Translations under genes and position numbers: made by a program
Shown here: piece after piece, positions 26,330 through 36,152 of the stretch
Position numbering within the stretch: position 1 is the first letter of the stretch
How the letters are laid out: the number at the start of each line of letters is the position of its first letter
The notes under the pieces: generated by a model
What the model was told of the DNA's origin: nothing
The model's input: the letters and a program-made list of their open reading frames with translations, nothing else
Databases searched by the model: none
Assembly: GCA_947175875.1 (NCBI GenBank)
Contig: CAMWON010000002.1
Coordinates: 1,216 to 65,215 of the forward strand
Direction: 5' to 3'
Source: an uncultured Alphaproteobacteria bacterium
Lineage (GTDB): Bacteria > Pseudomonadota > Alphaproteobacteria > Rs-D84
Length of the DNA: 64,000 bases

Positions 26330-27910
26330 TTATTCCTTGCGCATGGGATATTTGCCGTCGATTAAGTTCTGGCGCACGACGTGATGTTTTATCTTTTGCG
26401 TGCTGGTCGTCGGCAGTTCGTCCGTTGTCATTGCAAAGTGTGTCACCCACTTATAGCTGGCGACCTTTTTATTTGCATTCGCGATTGCTGCGCCCAACTT
26501 TTCCATTGTCATGTCCGGTTCAACACTAAAGACGCCGTATGCAACGGTTTTATCCTTTATCTTGTGTTCGAATACCGCAACATTGTTTACGCCCGGGATT
26601 TTCATGAACAGGGCCTCCAGTTCGTCCGGATAAACGTTTTTGCCGGAATCCAGAACGATAACCTGTTTTTTACGGCCGGCAAAGTGCAGTTCGCCGTTTT
26701 TATCCATTGAAACCATGTCGCCGGTGTTAAAGAATCCGCGTTCGTCAAATACAACCTCGTTTGCATCAGGGTTGTTTAAATATCCGCCAAACACCTGGTG
26801 ACCGCGAATCCACAGAACGCCGACGCCGTCTTCGTTCATGTCGCGGATTTCGCATTCGTTGTTTGTTGTCGGTGCACCGAATGCAAACGGAAAACGTTTC
26901 TTTAACGGTTTGGAAATGCATACGGGGCCGACGGTTTCTGTCAGGCCATATCCCTGAATAAAGCGCATGCCTAAGCGTTCATAGAATGTTTCAACCTCTG
27001 GCTTGGTCGCGGCACCGCCCGCAATCAGCAGCGATACACGGCCGCCGAATATTTCACGGATTTGATTTTGAACGCGGTTTACGATAAAGCCCAAACCGAT
27101 TTTGCGCAAAAATTTGCCATATTTCAAAACCGTGTTTACCAGCCACCATTTGTTCTGAGATTTGGCCGTATCGATAATACGGTTGCGAATAACCTCAAAC
27201 AAACGGGGAACGGCCGGAATTGCATGCGGACGGAATTTTTTGAAATCCGCCATGATTTCCTTTGGGTTAACGGTCGGCTGAAGCAATACACCCGCGCCAT
27301 AGTGCAGCGTTGCCAGCAATTCAACCGCAAACCCGAATATGTGATACATCGGCAGGAAGCCGTACATAATATCGCCCGGCCCGATATAGTCGCGCATGTC
27401 GTCCAAAGACTTAGAACATTCGATTAAGTTAAAGTGCGTCAACGGCACAACCTTTGGCTTGCCGGTGGAGCCCGATGTAAACGACAGGGTCGCCACGTCC
27501 AACGGTTCCAGCGGTGCCGGTTTCAGGCGACCGTTTGCCTTGCCGTCTTCTTGGGTAATGTCAAAGAACTTGAACTTCTTGGTCTTGTAAAAGAACGATT
27601 TTTCTGCACATACCATATGACAGTCGGTGGTCGATGTCATGTTGTCATATTCAAACGGTGTTAAATTGGTATCAAGCAGCAGAACCGTTCCGCCCAGATA
27701 CCATATCGCGAACATGGTCGTCGGCATCTGGGGGATATTGTGCGACAGCACACCCACAATGTCACCGCGTTTCATTCCGGCCGCATGCAGTTCGGCCGCA
27801 CGGCGTTTAACCAGTTCAACAAACCCGGAAAATGTCACCCCTTCGCGGACCAGGAACAGGTTGTCCGGCCATGTGGCGGCGGCTTTTTCCAGCAATTGGT
27901 ACATGTTCAT
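26330..27910 (-). CDS. AMP-dependent acyl-CoA synthetase/ligase (FadD-like)
   Basis: 526 aa. Motifs: LSFTSGSTGKPKVV, GYGLTET, FNTGD...GR.K. Confidence 0.85.
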   Translation of the reverse strand: MNMYQLLEKAAATWPDNLFLVREGVTFSGFVELVKRRAAELHAAGMKRGDIVGVLSHNIPQMPTTMFAIWYLGGTVLLLDTNLTPFEYDNMTSTTDCHMVCAEKSFFYKTKKFKFFDITQEDGKANGRLKPAPLEPLDVATLSFTSGSTGKPKVVPLTHFNLIECSKSLDDMRDYIGPGDIMYGFLPMYHIFGFAVELLATLHYGAGVLLQPTVNPKEIMADFKKFRPHAIPAVPRLFEVIRNRIIDTAKSQNKWWLVNTVLKYGKFLRKIGLGFIVNRVQNQIREIFGGRVSLLIAGGAATKPEVETFYERLGMRFIQGYGLTETVGPVCISKPLKKRFPFAFGAPTTNNECEIRDMNEDGVGVLWIRGHQVFGGYLNNPDANEVVFDERGFFNTGDMVSMDKNGELHFAGRKKQVIVLDSGKNVYPDELEALFMKIPGVNNVAVFEHKIKDKTVAYGVFSVEPDMTMEKLGAAIANANKKVASYKWVTHFAMTTDELPTTSTQKIKHHVVRQNLIDGKYPMRKE

Positions 27911-27979
27911 AACAAAAATTCCTTGTTGTTTTTATATTGGACAGGAATTATTATAACCATCAAAGGGAATATTGCAAAT

Positions 27980-28750
27980 ATGAAAATTCTGACACTTAAC
28001 ATTAACTCCATACGTGCGCACGCACAGAGTTTTATCGACATTTTACGCGCAGGCGAATACGACGTAATCATGGTTCAGGAATTAAAGGTCGAAGACGCCT
28101 CGTTCCCGTACAACCTGTTTGACGATTACGGATACAATATAAAAGTGTTCGGCCAGAAAAGCTGGAACGGGGTGGCCGTGTTTTCAAAATTTTCAATAGA
28201 GGATGTGACGCGCGGTATGCCGGGATACGCGGATGTAAACGCACGCTTTATCGAATGTGTTATTGATGGGCGTGTGCGTATTATAAACGTATATATGCCA
28301 AACGGTGACACCGTGGATTCACCAAAGTTTCCGTACAAGCTGGAATGGCTGCATGCGTTTACCGATTATATTTCACAATACATAAATTCGCCCGAGCCGG
28401 TTGTTATCGGCGGTGACTTTAACATTGCAATCGAAGACCGTGATGTGTGGAAGCCTGCGAACTATGTCGGCATCGCAATCGCCGCACCAGAGGCACGTGC
28501 GATAATGCGCGGGTGGCTGGCGGACGGATGGGTTGACGCGTGGCGCGGATTACACCCGGATGATGTTGATTACACCTGGTACGGATATCGTGGTCGTGAT
28601 ACGGTCGGTAATCGCCAGGGGCTGCGACTGGATTATTTCCTGTGTAACAAGGTTGCCGCGGATATGGTGCGTGCATGTGAAATCGACATGGGGCCGCGTC
28701 TGGCGGATAAACCGACGGATCATTGCGGATTGGCGTTGGTGCTGAAATAA
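27980..28750 (+). CDS. xthA: Exodeoxyribonuclease III
   Basis: ORF 27740..28750. The true start is MKILTLNINSIRA at 27980 (the upstream 80 codons overlap the fadD-like promoter region). Motifs: VQELK, GGDFNI, SDHCGL-type C-terminus. Confidence 0.9.
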   Translation: MKILTLNINSIRAHAQSFIDILRAGEYDVIMVQELKVEDASFPYNLFDDYGYNIKVFGQKSWNGVAVFSKFSIEDVTRGMPGYADVNARFIECVIDGRVRIINVYMPNGDTVDSPKFPYKLEWLHAFTDYISQYINSPEPVVIGGDFNIAIEDRDVWKPANYVGIAIAAPEARAIMRGWLADGWVDAWRGLHPDDVDYTWYGYRGRDTVGNRQGLRLDYFLCNKVAADMVRACEIDMGPRLADKPTDHCGLALVLK

Positions 28751-28769
28751 AAAAATTAAGGAGTGCGGC

Positions 28770-29639
28770 ATGGCAAAGGTTGGTATTTTATATATTGCAC
28801 TGGGGCGGTATACTGTTTTCTGGGACGAGTTTTATGAAAGCTGTGAGCGGAACCTGCTGCATGCGGACAAGCACTATTTTATATGGACCGATAATCCGAC
28901 CGATGCAATGCAGGCACCGAATGTAACGATTATTCCCGCGACAAAACGCGGATGGCCGTATGACAGTCTGTTGCGTTTTGAAATGTTTTACGGTCATAAG
29001 AAAGAACTGTCGAAATTTGATTACTTATTCTTTTTCAATGCGAATTTCAAATTCATAAATCCGACCGATTTATCCGAAATCGCACCGCGTGAATGGGACA
29101 ATGGTCTGTGCGCCAGTCTGCATCCCGGTCGCCATGGCGACATCTGGCGTGATACGCCAGATGGTTTCCCCTATGAAAGAAGAAAAGAAAGCACCGCGTA
29201 CGTTCCGTATGGAACTGGACGGCATTATGTATGCGGGGCGTTTAACGGCGGGACGGCCGATGCATTTTTAGAGATGTGCGGCGCGCTGGCCAAAAATGTT
29301 CAAAAGGATATTAAAAACGGAATCAATGCGGTGGTTGATGATGAAAGTCATCTGAATGCTTATCTGGCGACGCGTGATTTTTTGTTGTGCGGTCGTGCAT
29401 ACGGATATCCGGAACATAAATTAAAGCGCTTGGCGCCGGGTGATGCGGTAATGGTAAAGATTATCAGTCGTGAAAAAAATACTCCGAAATACGGCGGTAC
29501 CAAATGGTTGCGCGGCCAGACGGATAAAAAAATTCCCAATAGCCGATTTTCTTATTTTATGCGGTCTGTGACACGTGCGGCATCTTCGTTGATACCGGTG
29601 CGCCGACTGCGTCGCAAAGTTAGAGAGATGTATTGGTAA
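28770..29639 (+). CDS. Glycosyltransferase family 6 (bacterial ABO/alpha-1,3-Gal(NAc)-transferase-like)
   Basis: 289 aa. GILYIALGRYTVFWDEFYESCE, GWPYDSLLRF, DYLFFFNANFKF (NxN in place of DxD), HPG, YERRKESTAYVPYGTGRHYVCGAFNGG, DDESHLNAYL and KNTPKYGG align block-for-block with remembered Bacteroides ovatus BoGT6a. Confidence 0.8.
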   Translation: MAKVGILYIALGRYTVFWDEFYESCERNLLHADKHYFIWTDNPTDAMQAPNVTIIPATKRGWPYDSLLRFEMFYGHKKELSKFDYLFFFNANFKFINPTDLSEIAPREWDNGLCASLHPGRHGDIWRDTPDGFPYERRKESTAYVPYGTGRHYVCGAFNGGTADAFLEMCGALAKNVQKDIKNGINAVVDDESHLNAYLATRDFLLCGRAYGYPEHKLKRLAPGDAVMVKIISREKNTPKYGGTKWLRGQTDKKIPNSRFSYFMRSVTRAASSLIPVRRLRRKVREMYW

Positions 29640-29664
29640 AAAATAAAACGGGCCGCCGGCCCGT

Positions 29665-30360
29665 TTAAAATTCTTCGCCGGTCTGTTCAAAGCGTTTGTG
29701 AATGCAGCCGATGGCGGTCTGGTGCACGCCGGGTGTTGCAGAGTAATATACGAAACGACCGGCGCGGTATGATGTGACGAAATCATCATCGGATAGTTTC
29801 TTTAAATATTGCGACACTTTTATTTGGGGCAGGGCGACGCCCGCGGCGATATTGCATACGCAATCTTTGCCGTGTTGCATCAGATATTCCAGTATCCGCA
29901 TCTTGTCAATATGTGCGAACAGCTTTATTCTGTTCGCCGCCATTGTCGTATAATCGCTTGGTAATATTTCACGATAATCATCGCGCAAGAACTTTAGCTG
30001 GTCCGTCATGTGACCGAACAGTTTGCGCAGGCATACAAATATACTGGCCGGATATTCTTCGTTTATTTCATAGTAAATAAAAATTCCATGACGGGTGGTA
30101 CGCACCAGATTGGCATCGCGCATTTTGCGCAAGTGCTGTGATACAATCATTTGTTTGGCCCCGACGCCGCGTGCAATCGCCGATACGGATGACGTGCCGT
30201 TCACGTCCAGCCATTCCAGTATCCGCAGGCGCAGCGGATGCGATATGTATGCGATACCGCGTGACGCACGCGCCATAATATGCGCGGGCAGCTGCTTTTT
30301 GATAATGGTGTCCGGTAATTCCATGTTGTTTATGATAGCACTTATTTTTTTGGCCGGCAA
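29665..30360 (-). CDS. Tandem ArsR/SmtB-type winged-HTH regulator (two domains)
   Basis: 231 aa. LRLRILEWLDVNGTSSVSAIARGVGAKQMIVSQHLRKMRDANLV and DKMRILEYLMQHGKDCVCNIAAGVALPQIKVSQYLKKLSDDDFV form two ArsR-like units. Confidence 0.7.
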   Translation of the reverse strand: MPAKKISAIINNMELPDTIIKKQLPAHIMARASRGIAYISHPLRLRILEWLDVNGTSSVSAIARGVGAKQMIVSQHLRKMRDANLVRTTRHGIFIYYEINEEYPASIFVCLRKLFGHMTDQLKFLRDDYREILPSDYTTMAANRIKLFAHIDKMRILEYLMQHGKDCVCNIAAGVALPQIKVSQYLKKLSDDDFVTSYRAGRFVYYSATPGVHQTAIGCIHKRFEQTGEEF

Positions 30361-30432
30361 ATATTATTTGACTTTTTGATATGTATTGTTTATTATATAT
30401 ATCGTTTTTGATATATAAAGAAAGGGGAATTT

Positions 30433-30930
30433 ATGAGAAAGCTGATTATTGCGCTTATGGCGACAATGCCGGCGGCGGTGTATGCGAATCCGGCCTGTCC
30501 TATATGCACGGTGGCGATTGGGGCCGCGCTGCCTATTACCCGGCGTATGGGTGTGCCTGATGCTGTTGCGGGCCTGTGGGTGGGTGCGTTTTTGGCGATT
30601 ATGGGTTATTGGATTATAAAGTTTATGGATAAAAGAGGCTGGCGTTTTTGGGGGCGCAATGCGATTGTTTTAGCCGCATCGGTTGCAACAATCGGTTTTG
30701 CTTATATCGGCCAGGTGAAATACAGTCCGTGCAGCTATTTCGGATTTTTTAAAATAGATCCGCTGTTGTTTGGAACTGTTCTGGGGGCGGTGTTATTTAT
30801 ATTAACGGAAAAGCTGTACGATTTCATGAAAGAAAAAAATGGCGGTCATGCACATTTTCCTTTTGAAAAAGTTGTGCTGCCGGTTGTTGTCTTGGCGATT
30901 GCCAGCGGTATTTTGACTATATGCAGATAA
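30433..30930 (+). CDS. Integral membrane protein with N-terminal CPIC motif
   Basis: 165 aa. Signal-like N-terminus, four hydrophobic segments, and CPIC after the predicted cleavage site. It is divergent from the ArsR-type gene. Confidence 0.5.
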   Translation: MRKLIIALMATMPAAVYANPACPICTVAIGAALPITRRMGVPDAVAGLWVGAFLAIMGYWIIKFMDKRGWRFWGRNAIVLAASVATIGFAYIGQVKYSPCSYFGFFKIDPLLFGTVLGAVLFILTEKLYDFMKEKNGGHAHFPFEKVVLPVVVLAIASGILTICR

Positions 30931-30943
30931 AGGGGAGGAGATA

Positions 30944-31498
30944 ATGCGAAAAATAAAAAACGTAAAAGAATTTGTTGAAAAGATGGATGCGGCAAAAAAG
31001 GTAAATCCAAAGGATTTGTCATCGGATCAGGATTTGTCGATTGGAATTATGAACCTGATTTCCATCGAAGAGCATCTGATGTTCTCTGGTGCCAAGACAG
31101 GCAAGACCGCTTTTTACGACCAGATAAATGAAGTGCGCGAAATGCGCAAGCGCATGATGCAGAAAATTATTCCGTCATACGAGGGCGAGGTTTGGTGCAT
31201 ATCCAAGCATTTGCTGGCGTCCAGTATGCGTTTGTTTGAAGTGGGAACCAAGGCGCTGGCCGCCGGGGACAAGACTCAGGCGTACGCGCTGTTTGATGAT
31301 TCCTATGGTCTGTACTGCATGTTCTGGGGGCTGAATATGGGTATGCTGGGGGGCGCGTCGGATTTGAAATATATGCCAAAGGAAAAGAAGACTGCGGCAA
31401 AACCCGATGCGGCGGTGGCGGTATCCGACAAGGCCCCGACATCAATGGGAAAGCTTAAAAACTGGGTCAAAAATGCGGTAAATTGCTGTATAGAATAG
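30944..31498 (+). CDS. Hypothetical protein
   Basis: 184 aa, RBS GGGGAGGAG. It is probably co-transcribed with 30433..30930. No motif recognised. Confidence 0.5.
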   Translation: MRKIKNVKEFVEKMDAAKKVNPKDLSSDQDLSIGIMNLISIEEHLMFSGAKTGKTAFYDQINEVREMRKRMMQKIIPSYEGEVWCISKHLLASSMRLFEVGTKALAAGDKTQAYALFDDSYGLYCMFWGLNMGMLGGASDLKYMPKEKKTAAKPDAAVAVSDKAPTSMGKLKNWVKNAVNCCIE

Positions 31499-31513
31499 GT
31501 GCGCATTTTATCC

Positions 31514-31541
31514 TTGCATTTTTGGACCGTGCCCGTATAAT
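31514..31541 (+). promoter_or_regulatory. Sigma70-type promoter for tRNA-Thr
   Basis: TTGCAT-16 nt-TATAAT, ending 11 nt before the tRNA. Confidence 0.65.
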
Positions 31542-31552
31542 TAACGGGCAAT

Positions 31553-31626
31553 GCCCTAATAGTCTAGTGGTAAAACACGTCCTTGGTAAGGACGAGTCGC
31601 AAGTCCGATTCTTGCTTAGGGCACCA
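31553..31626 (+). tRNA. tRNA-Thr(GGT)
   Basis: GCCCTAATAGTCTAGTGGTAAAACACGTCCTTGGTAAGGACGAGTCGCAAGTCCGATTCTTGCTTAGGGCACCA. It forms a cloverleaf with anticodon loop TTGGTAA. The T-loop TCCGATT is atypical. Confidence 0.8.
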
Positions 31627-32084
31627 GAAATTTATCATCTGTCTTTCGTTTGTTCGTTTTTGTTTCCGGTCATGTATGTCCAATACACTCCCGTTACAAA
31701 AACATTACAATCCGCAACATCTAAGACATTAATCGCTAAATGGGCAGCATAATTGAATCCCCTGTTTTGGGATTTTTTCTTTAATTTTTTATTGCTTTAA
31801 TTTTATCTGTATCTATAATCAAATCTGAACTGGTGGGGACATTGGTTCGGGGCTGTCACAAGCCTGTAATCTCCGGTGCAGAAAAAGAAGGACATCGTTA
31901 ATCCGATACTCTGGATTTTTGCATCGTTATATATCCCTGACTTTGAAAAAAAGGTCGGGGGGCTGTTCGTTATACAACAGGTTTTTACCAAAAGCGGCAG
32001 AATCATTGAGATACTGATTTGTGAACTCCCCGACTGCTCTTTATTTTGGGCGGTCGTTTTGTTTTTCAACAGAAAGGAGTGCAA

Positions 32085-34697
32085 ATGTTAAAAAACAAGC
32101 ATTTTGCAGACTTGGCAAAAGTTTGCAGTATCTTGCCGGCGTTGGTGGTTATGCCTGCGATGGCAGTTAGTATTACAGACAACACCAGCCTGAACGATAA
32201 ATTTCCAGATGGTGTTATAAATGAAACTGTATCTTCGCTGAAAGGATTTAGCGGGGTTATTACAACGCCAACGATTGCAATTAATGCCACTGGGAATGCA
32301 CTGCAGGTTCAGGGGGAAAAATCACGTATGGAACTGGGCGCCGATGCGGAAAAAATTACGAGTGATATTAAAATAAAATCTGATACCAAGGCGGGTATTG
32401 TCGCAAATAAAAAAGGAACTGTTTTAATCGGTGGCGACAAGACGGAAAGCGTTGATATTGTTGCTGCGACCAAGGCTGTATCGGCCAGTTCGGCAAATAT
32501 TGATATAACTGGACGGAATATAAATATTAATGGCGCCGCGCGTGCGATTGATGCGCAATATGCGTCCAAGGTTAATGTAAATGGCGATAATATAAAATTA
32601 CATTCTGATACTTCCCAGGCGTTAATTGTTTTTGATGCGGGTACGGAAATAAACGTCCGTGGCGGGCGTGTTGATATTTCAACCGATACAGAAGGGCCTT
32701 ATGCGGCGGTTCATGCCGGTGAAGGTGGTGCGATTGATATTACCGCCGATGATATCGTAATCACGGGTAATATGGCCGGCGTTGCCGCGATGAGTGGTGG
32801 CAGCCTTAACATCAACGGTAATACGCACATTCAGGCCGAAGACAAGGCCATTATGACACGTGGCGGGGCAATAATTAATATAAACAAGAATGCGGACAGT
32901 GTTGTAAAAATTGATGGGAATATTAATTTTGACTATAACAGACCGACATCCGGTACCGCGATTGATGCTGATGTAAATGTAACGTTGGTGGGTGCGGATT
33001 CTTATTGGAATGGAAATACGGTTGCGGCGTATACAGAGATTGCGGATTCCGAAGAATATATGACGGTTGCCGGGATGAATTTGGATTTGCGTGACGGTGC
33101 AACGTGGAACGCGGCAAAAATTACAGATGTAAAGAATGAAAATGAAGGCGTATATTACATTGCGCTAAACAATTTGAACATTGATGGCGGTGTTGTAAAT
33201 GTTTTAGATGATGCGCGCGGTATTGCAATCGATAATGCAAATATTTCCAATGCGACATTTAACGGCGGCCCGGTTACAATTAATAACAAAATGGAAATTG
33301 CCGGCGGCACCAATGTATTTAATTCGGATATATTTGGCACAGATGGCGCATTGGTTGTTAATAATGGGGCAACGCTGAATATCGGCGATTCAATGATTGA
33401 TATTGATTCAATCACGTTGGATGGAACAATTGTTGCAAATTTGACCGACCGTGCGGATGCAATCTTTACAACAAATGCGTTTAATGGCGCCGGCAAATTG
33501 TCGTTTGTTATGAAGCAGGCAGGCGAATATAAAATATTCGGCAATGCGGTATTTGATGGTGATGCGGAATTAGGCAGTGCGCTGTACCACTTGGTTTGGA
33601 ATGATGATAAAACATCGGTCAGTGCGGAAATGAAATCTGTTGCAGATATCGCCGATGACAACGGTCTGTCGGCCGGTGCGTCGAATACGATTGTGAATTT
33701 GGTTAATTCAGATTCCGATACGCTGAACGATTTTGGTATGCGTGTCCAGGAACGCCTGGCGGCGGGTGATGCCGCGGCCGTTGAAAAGGCAGCAAAAAGT
33801 CTGAATTCCGACAAGGCGTCTGTAATTCAGTCGGTTGCAACAAACTTGTCATCAACGGTTGCAAATCTGGCCTCCAGTCGTATGGAACTGGCAATGCTGG
33901 GGCGCAATGGTGGTGACGCAGATGTGGCTGGTGGTGTATGGACCCAGGGGTTGTATAACAAATCAAAGTTAAACAACCTGTTTAACGGATATACACGTGG
34001 TGTTGCCGCCGGTTTGGATGGAACAATCAACCGCGTATTTACCGTTGGGGCCGGTTATGCATTTAACCACAGCGATATGGACGTAATGGACAGCGATGTT
34101 GAAATCGACAGCAACACTGTGTTTGTATACGGCCAGTATAAGCCTTCAAAATGGTATGTAAATTCCGTATTGAACTATACAATATCTGACTTTACGGAAT
34201 CTGCAGATGTGCTGGGTGTTCCTGTGAATGCGGATTACAAGTTGACATCTTGGGGTGTGCATGTGGCAAGTGGATATAACTTTGCATCCGGCATTACACC
34301 GGAAGTAGGGTTGCGTTATTTGCATATTGACGATGACAGCTATACCAACAGTTTGGGTATTCGTACCAAGATTGATGATGCGGAATATTTCACTGCAACC
34401 GCCGGTGCAAAATATGCATTTGATATCAAGGCTGGGAAATATCTGACGCTGCGTCCGGAAATGCGTGCGGCAATCAAATACGATTTGACATCAGATAAGT
34501 TTGATTCCGTTGTTGCGATGCCCGGGGTTGATTCCTATGGTGTTATTGGAGACCGCTTGAATCGTATGGGCGGCGAATTGTCAACAGGCTTTGGCATGAT
34601 TTACAAGTCTATGTCGTTGTCGTTGAACTATAACATTGAAGTTCGCAAGGACTACAAATCACAGACCGGTATGGTTCGCGCCAGATACAACTTCTAA
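32085..34697 (+). CDS. Autotransporter (type Va) outer-membrane protein
   Basis: ORF 32046..34697. ATG 32085 follows AAAGGAG. Signal peptide ...VVMPAMA, a long Gly/Asn/Ile/Thr-rich repetitive passenger, and a C-terminal beta-barrel ending GMVRARYNF. Confidence 0.8.
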   Translation: MLKNKHFADLAKVCSILPALVVMPAMAVSITDNTSLNDKFPDGVINETVSSLKGFSGVITTPTIAINATGNALQVQGEKSRMELGADAEKITSDIKIKSDTKAGIVANKKGTVLIGGDKTESVDIVAATKAVSASSANIDITGRNININGAARAIDAQYASKVNVNGDNIKLHSDTSQALIVFDAGTEINVRGGRVDISTDTEGPYAAVHAGEGGAIDITADDIVITGNMAGVAAMSGGSLNINGNTHIQAEDKAIMTRGGAIININKNADSVVKIDGNINFDYNRPTSGTAIDADVNVTLVGADSYWNGNTVAAYTEIADSEEYMTVAGMNLDLRDGATWNAAKITDVKNENEGVYYIALNNLNIDGGVVNVLDDARGIAIDNANISNATFNGGPVTINNKMEIAGGTNVFNSDIFGTDGALVVNNGATLNIGDSMIDIDSITLDGTIVANLTDRADAIFTTNAFNGAGKLSFVMKQAGEYKIFGNAVFDGDAELGSALYHLVWNDDKTSVSAEMKSVADIADDNGLSAGASNTIVNLVNSDSDTLNDFGMRVQERLAAGDAAAVEKAAKSLNSDKASVIQSVATNLSSTVANLASSRMELAMLGRNGGDADVAGGVWTQGLYNKSKLNNLFNGYTRGVAAGLDGTINRVFTVGAGYAFNHSDMDVMDSDVEIDSNTVFVYGQYKPSKWYVNSVLNYTISDFTESADVLGVPVNADYKLTSWGVHVASGYNFASGITPEVGLRYLHIDDDSYTNSLGIRTKIDDAEYFTATAGAKYAFDIKAGKYLTLRPEMRAAIKYDLTSDKFDSVVAMPGVDSYGVIGDRLNRMGGELSTGFGMIYKSMSLSLNYNIEVRKDYKSQTGMVRARYNF

Positions 34698-34713
34698 AAA
34701 GCTGTATGAAAAA

Positions 34714-34740
34714 CCTCCCGCAATGAAGGGAGGTTTTTTA
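34714..34740 (+). terminator. Intrinsic terminator
   Basis: CCTCCC-gcaatgaa-GGGAGG followed by TTTTTT. Confidence 0.75.
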
Positions 34741-34811
34741 TTGTGTTTTTTATTTGATTTTGTGATGCGTTTGGATACCATTTTTAGTGAATGGAAGGGT
34801 GGCCCGCGCAG

Positions 34812-36137
34812 ATGCGAAAAATAATCGCCGTTTTGTTTTTGTTGTTTTTTGCGGTGCCATGTGGGGCGGCCGAGATTACCATGACCGCGACCGAGGCGCT
34901 GCGGACCGCGGGCGATATGGTTCGGCGCGGCGACTTTGAACACGCAAATCAGATTTTGACACAATTGCCGGATACCGGCAGTGCGGCGCTGGAGATAGAG
35001 CGACGCTTTTTACAGGGCCAGATTGCGCAACAGCGCGGTGATTATGACGCGGCGATAAAGATATATCAGGCGCTGTTGGATGCGTATCCGGGACTGGCGC
35101 GCGTTCGGTTTGAGATGGCCGTATGCTATATGCATCAGAAAAAATGGCGGCGGGCGGATTATCATCTGCGTCTGGCGATGGCCGGCGACGATTTGTCGGC
35201 CGATGCAAAGCGCGTCATGAATTATTACCGATATGTCGTTCGCCAGAACAAGAACTGGAACGTGTGGTTTAATTTCGGCGCCGCGCCCGATAACAACGTT
35301 AACAACGCCGTCGGCGGCCAGGAATGCATAATGACGATGTTCGGTTTGATGTGCCGGACGCTGGATGCGCCGGAATCGGCGGTCGGGGCGAATTTGACGC
35401 TTGGCGGAAATTACGAGTTCAAATTGTCCGATGCGTGGCGCTGGAAATCAGAGGCCAACGTTTATGCGAACTTTTATGACAAAAGCAGGTATGACGATTT
35501 GTATTTAAGCATGGCGACGGGGCCGCGTTATGTGTGGACGCGCGGCGACGTATGGCTGGCCGCGGCCGGCGGGCGCCGATGGTACGGATGGGAGCGCTAT
35601 AACTGGTCCGCCGGGGCGCGTATGGACGTCAATTATGATTTTACGCGGCGCATGTCGGGCGGGCTGTATCTGCGCATTATGGAAAACAGGTATGATATGT
35701 ATAACGACCTGTTGAATGGACAGACTTATTCTGCAAACATGAGGTTGACATATTCGTTTAATTCGCGCGTATATATGGTTGCGCGCGCTGGTGTTGGGCG
35801 CGAGGTGACGGCGGACGACGTTTATTCGTACTGGTCGCCGAATGTGTCGGTCGGCGTCGGGGTGGAACTGCCGTGGGGATTTCATGCGTATGCGGAGCCG
35901 GGTGTGTACTGGAACCGATACGATGCGGCGCGATGGGCGGTGCGCGACAATCAAATGACGCGCATAACAGAGCGTGACACGACATGGCGATATGCGCTGT
36001 CGGTGTCGAACAACAAGCTGGACGTGTGGGGTTTTGTGCCGACGGTGACGGTTAGCTATACGCGGCGCGATTCCAACATATGGCAGCGCGAATTTGACAA
36101 GACGGCGATAGAGTTCACAATGCAACAGAGGTTTTAA
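34812..36137 (+). CDS. Surface lipoprotein assembly modifier (Slam; TPR + DUF560 beta-barrel)
   Basis: ORF 34791..36137; start MRKIIAVLFLLFF preferred. N-terminal TPR-like repeats, then NWNVWFNFGAAPDNNVNNA and a barrel ending IEFTMQQRF. It is followed by a TbpB-like lipoprotein, as in known Slam loci. Confidence 0.65.
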   Translation: MRKIIAVLFLLFFAVPCGAAEITMTATEALRTAGDMVRRGDFEHANQILTQLPDTGSAALEIERRFLQGQIAQQRGDYDAAIKIYQALLDAYPGLARVRFEMAVCYMHQKKWRRADYHLRLAMAGDDLSADAKRVMNYYRYVVRQNKNWNVWFNFGAAPDNNVNNAVGGQECIMTMFGLMCRTLDAPESAVGANLTLGGNYEFKLSDAWRWKSEANVYANFYDKSRYDDLYLSMATGPRYVWTRGDVWLAAAGGRRWYGWERYNWSAGARMDVNYDFTRRMSGGLYLRIMENRYDMYNDLLNGQTYSANMRLTYSFNSRVYMVARAGVGREVTADDVYSYWSPNVSVGVGVELPWGFHAYAEPGVYWNRYDAARWAVRDNQMTRITERDTTWRYALSVSNNKLDVWGFVPTVTVSYTRRDSNIWQREFDKTAIEFTMQQRF

Positions 36138-36152
36138 TAAGGGAGGAAAGGT

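Noticed and set aside
27740-27979. 80-codon 5' extension of the xthA ORF
   Set aside because: The extension overlaps the start of the divergent fadD-like gene. The canonical ExoIII N-terminus MKILTLNIN starts at 27980.
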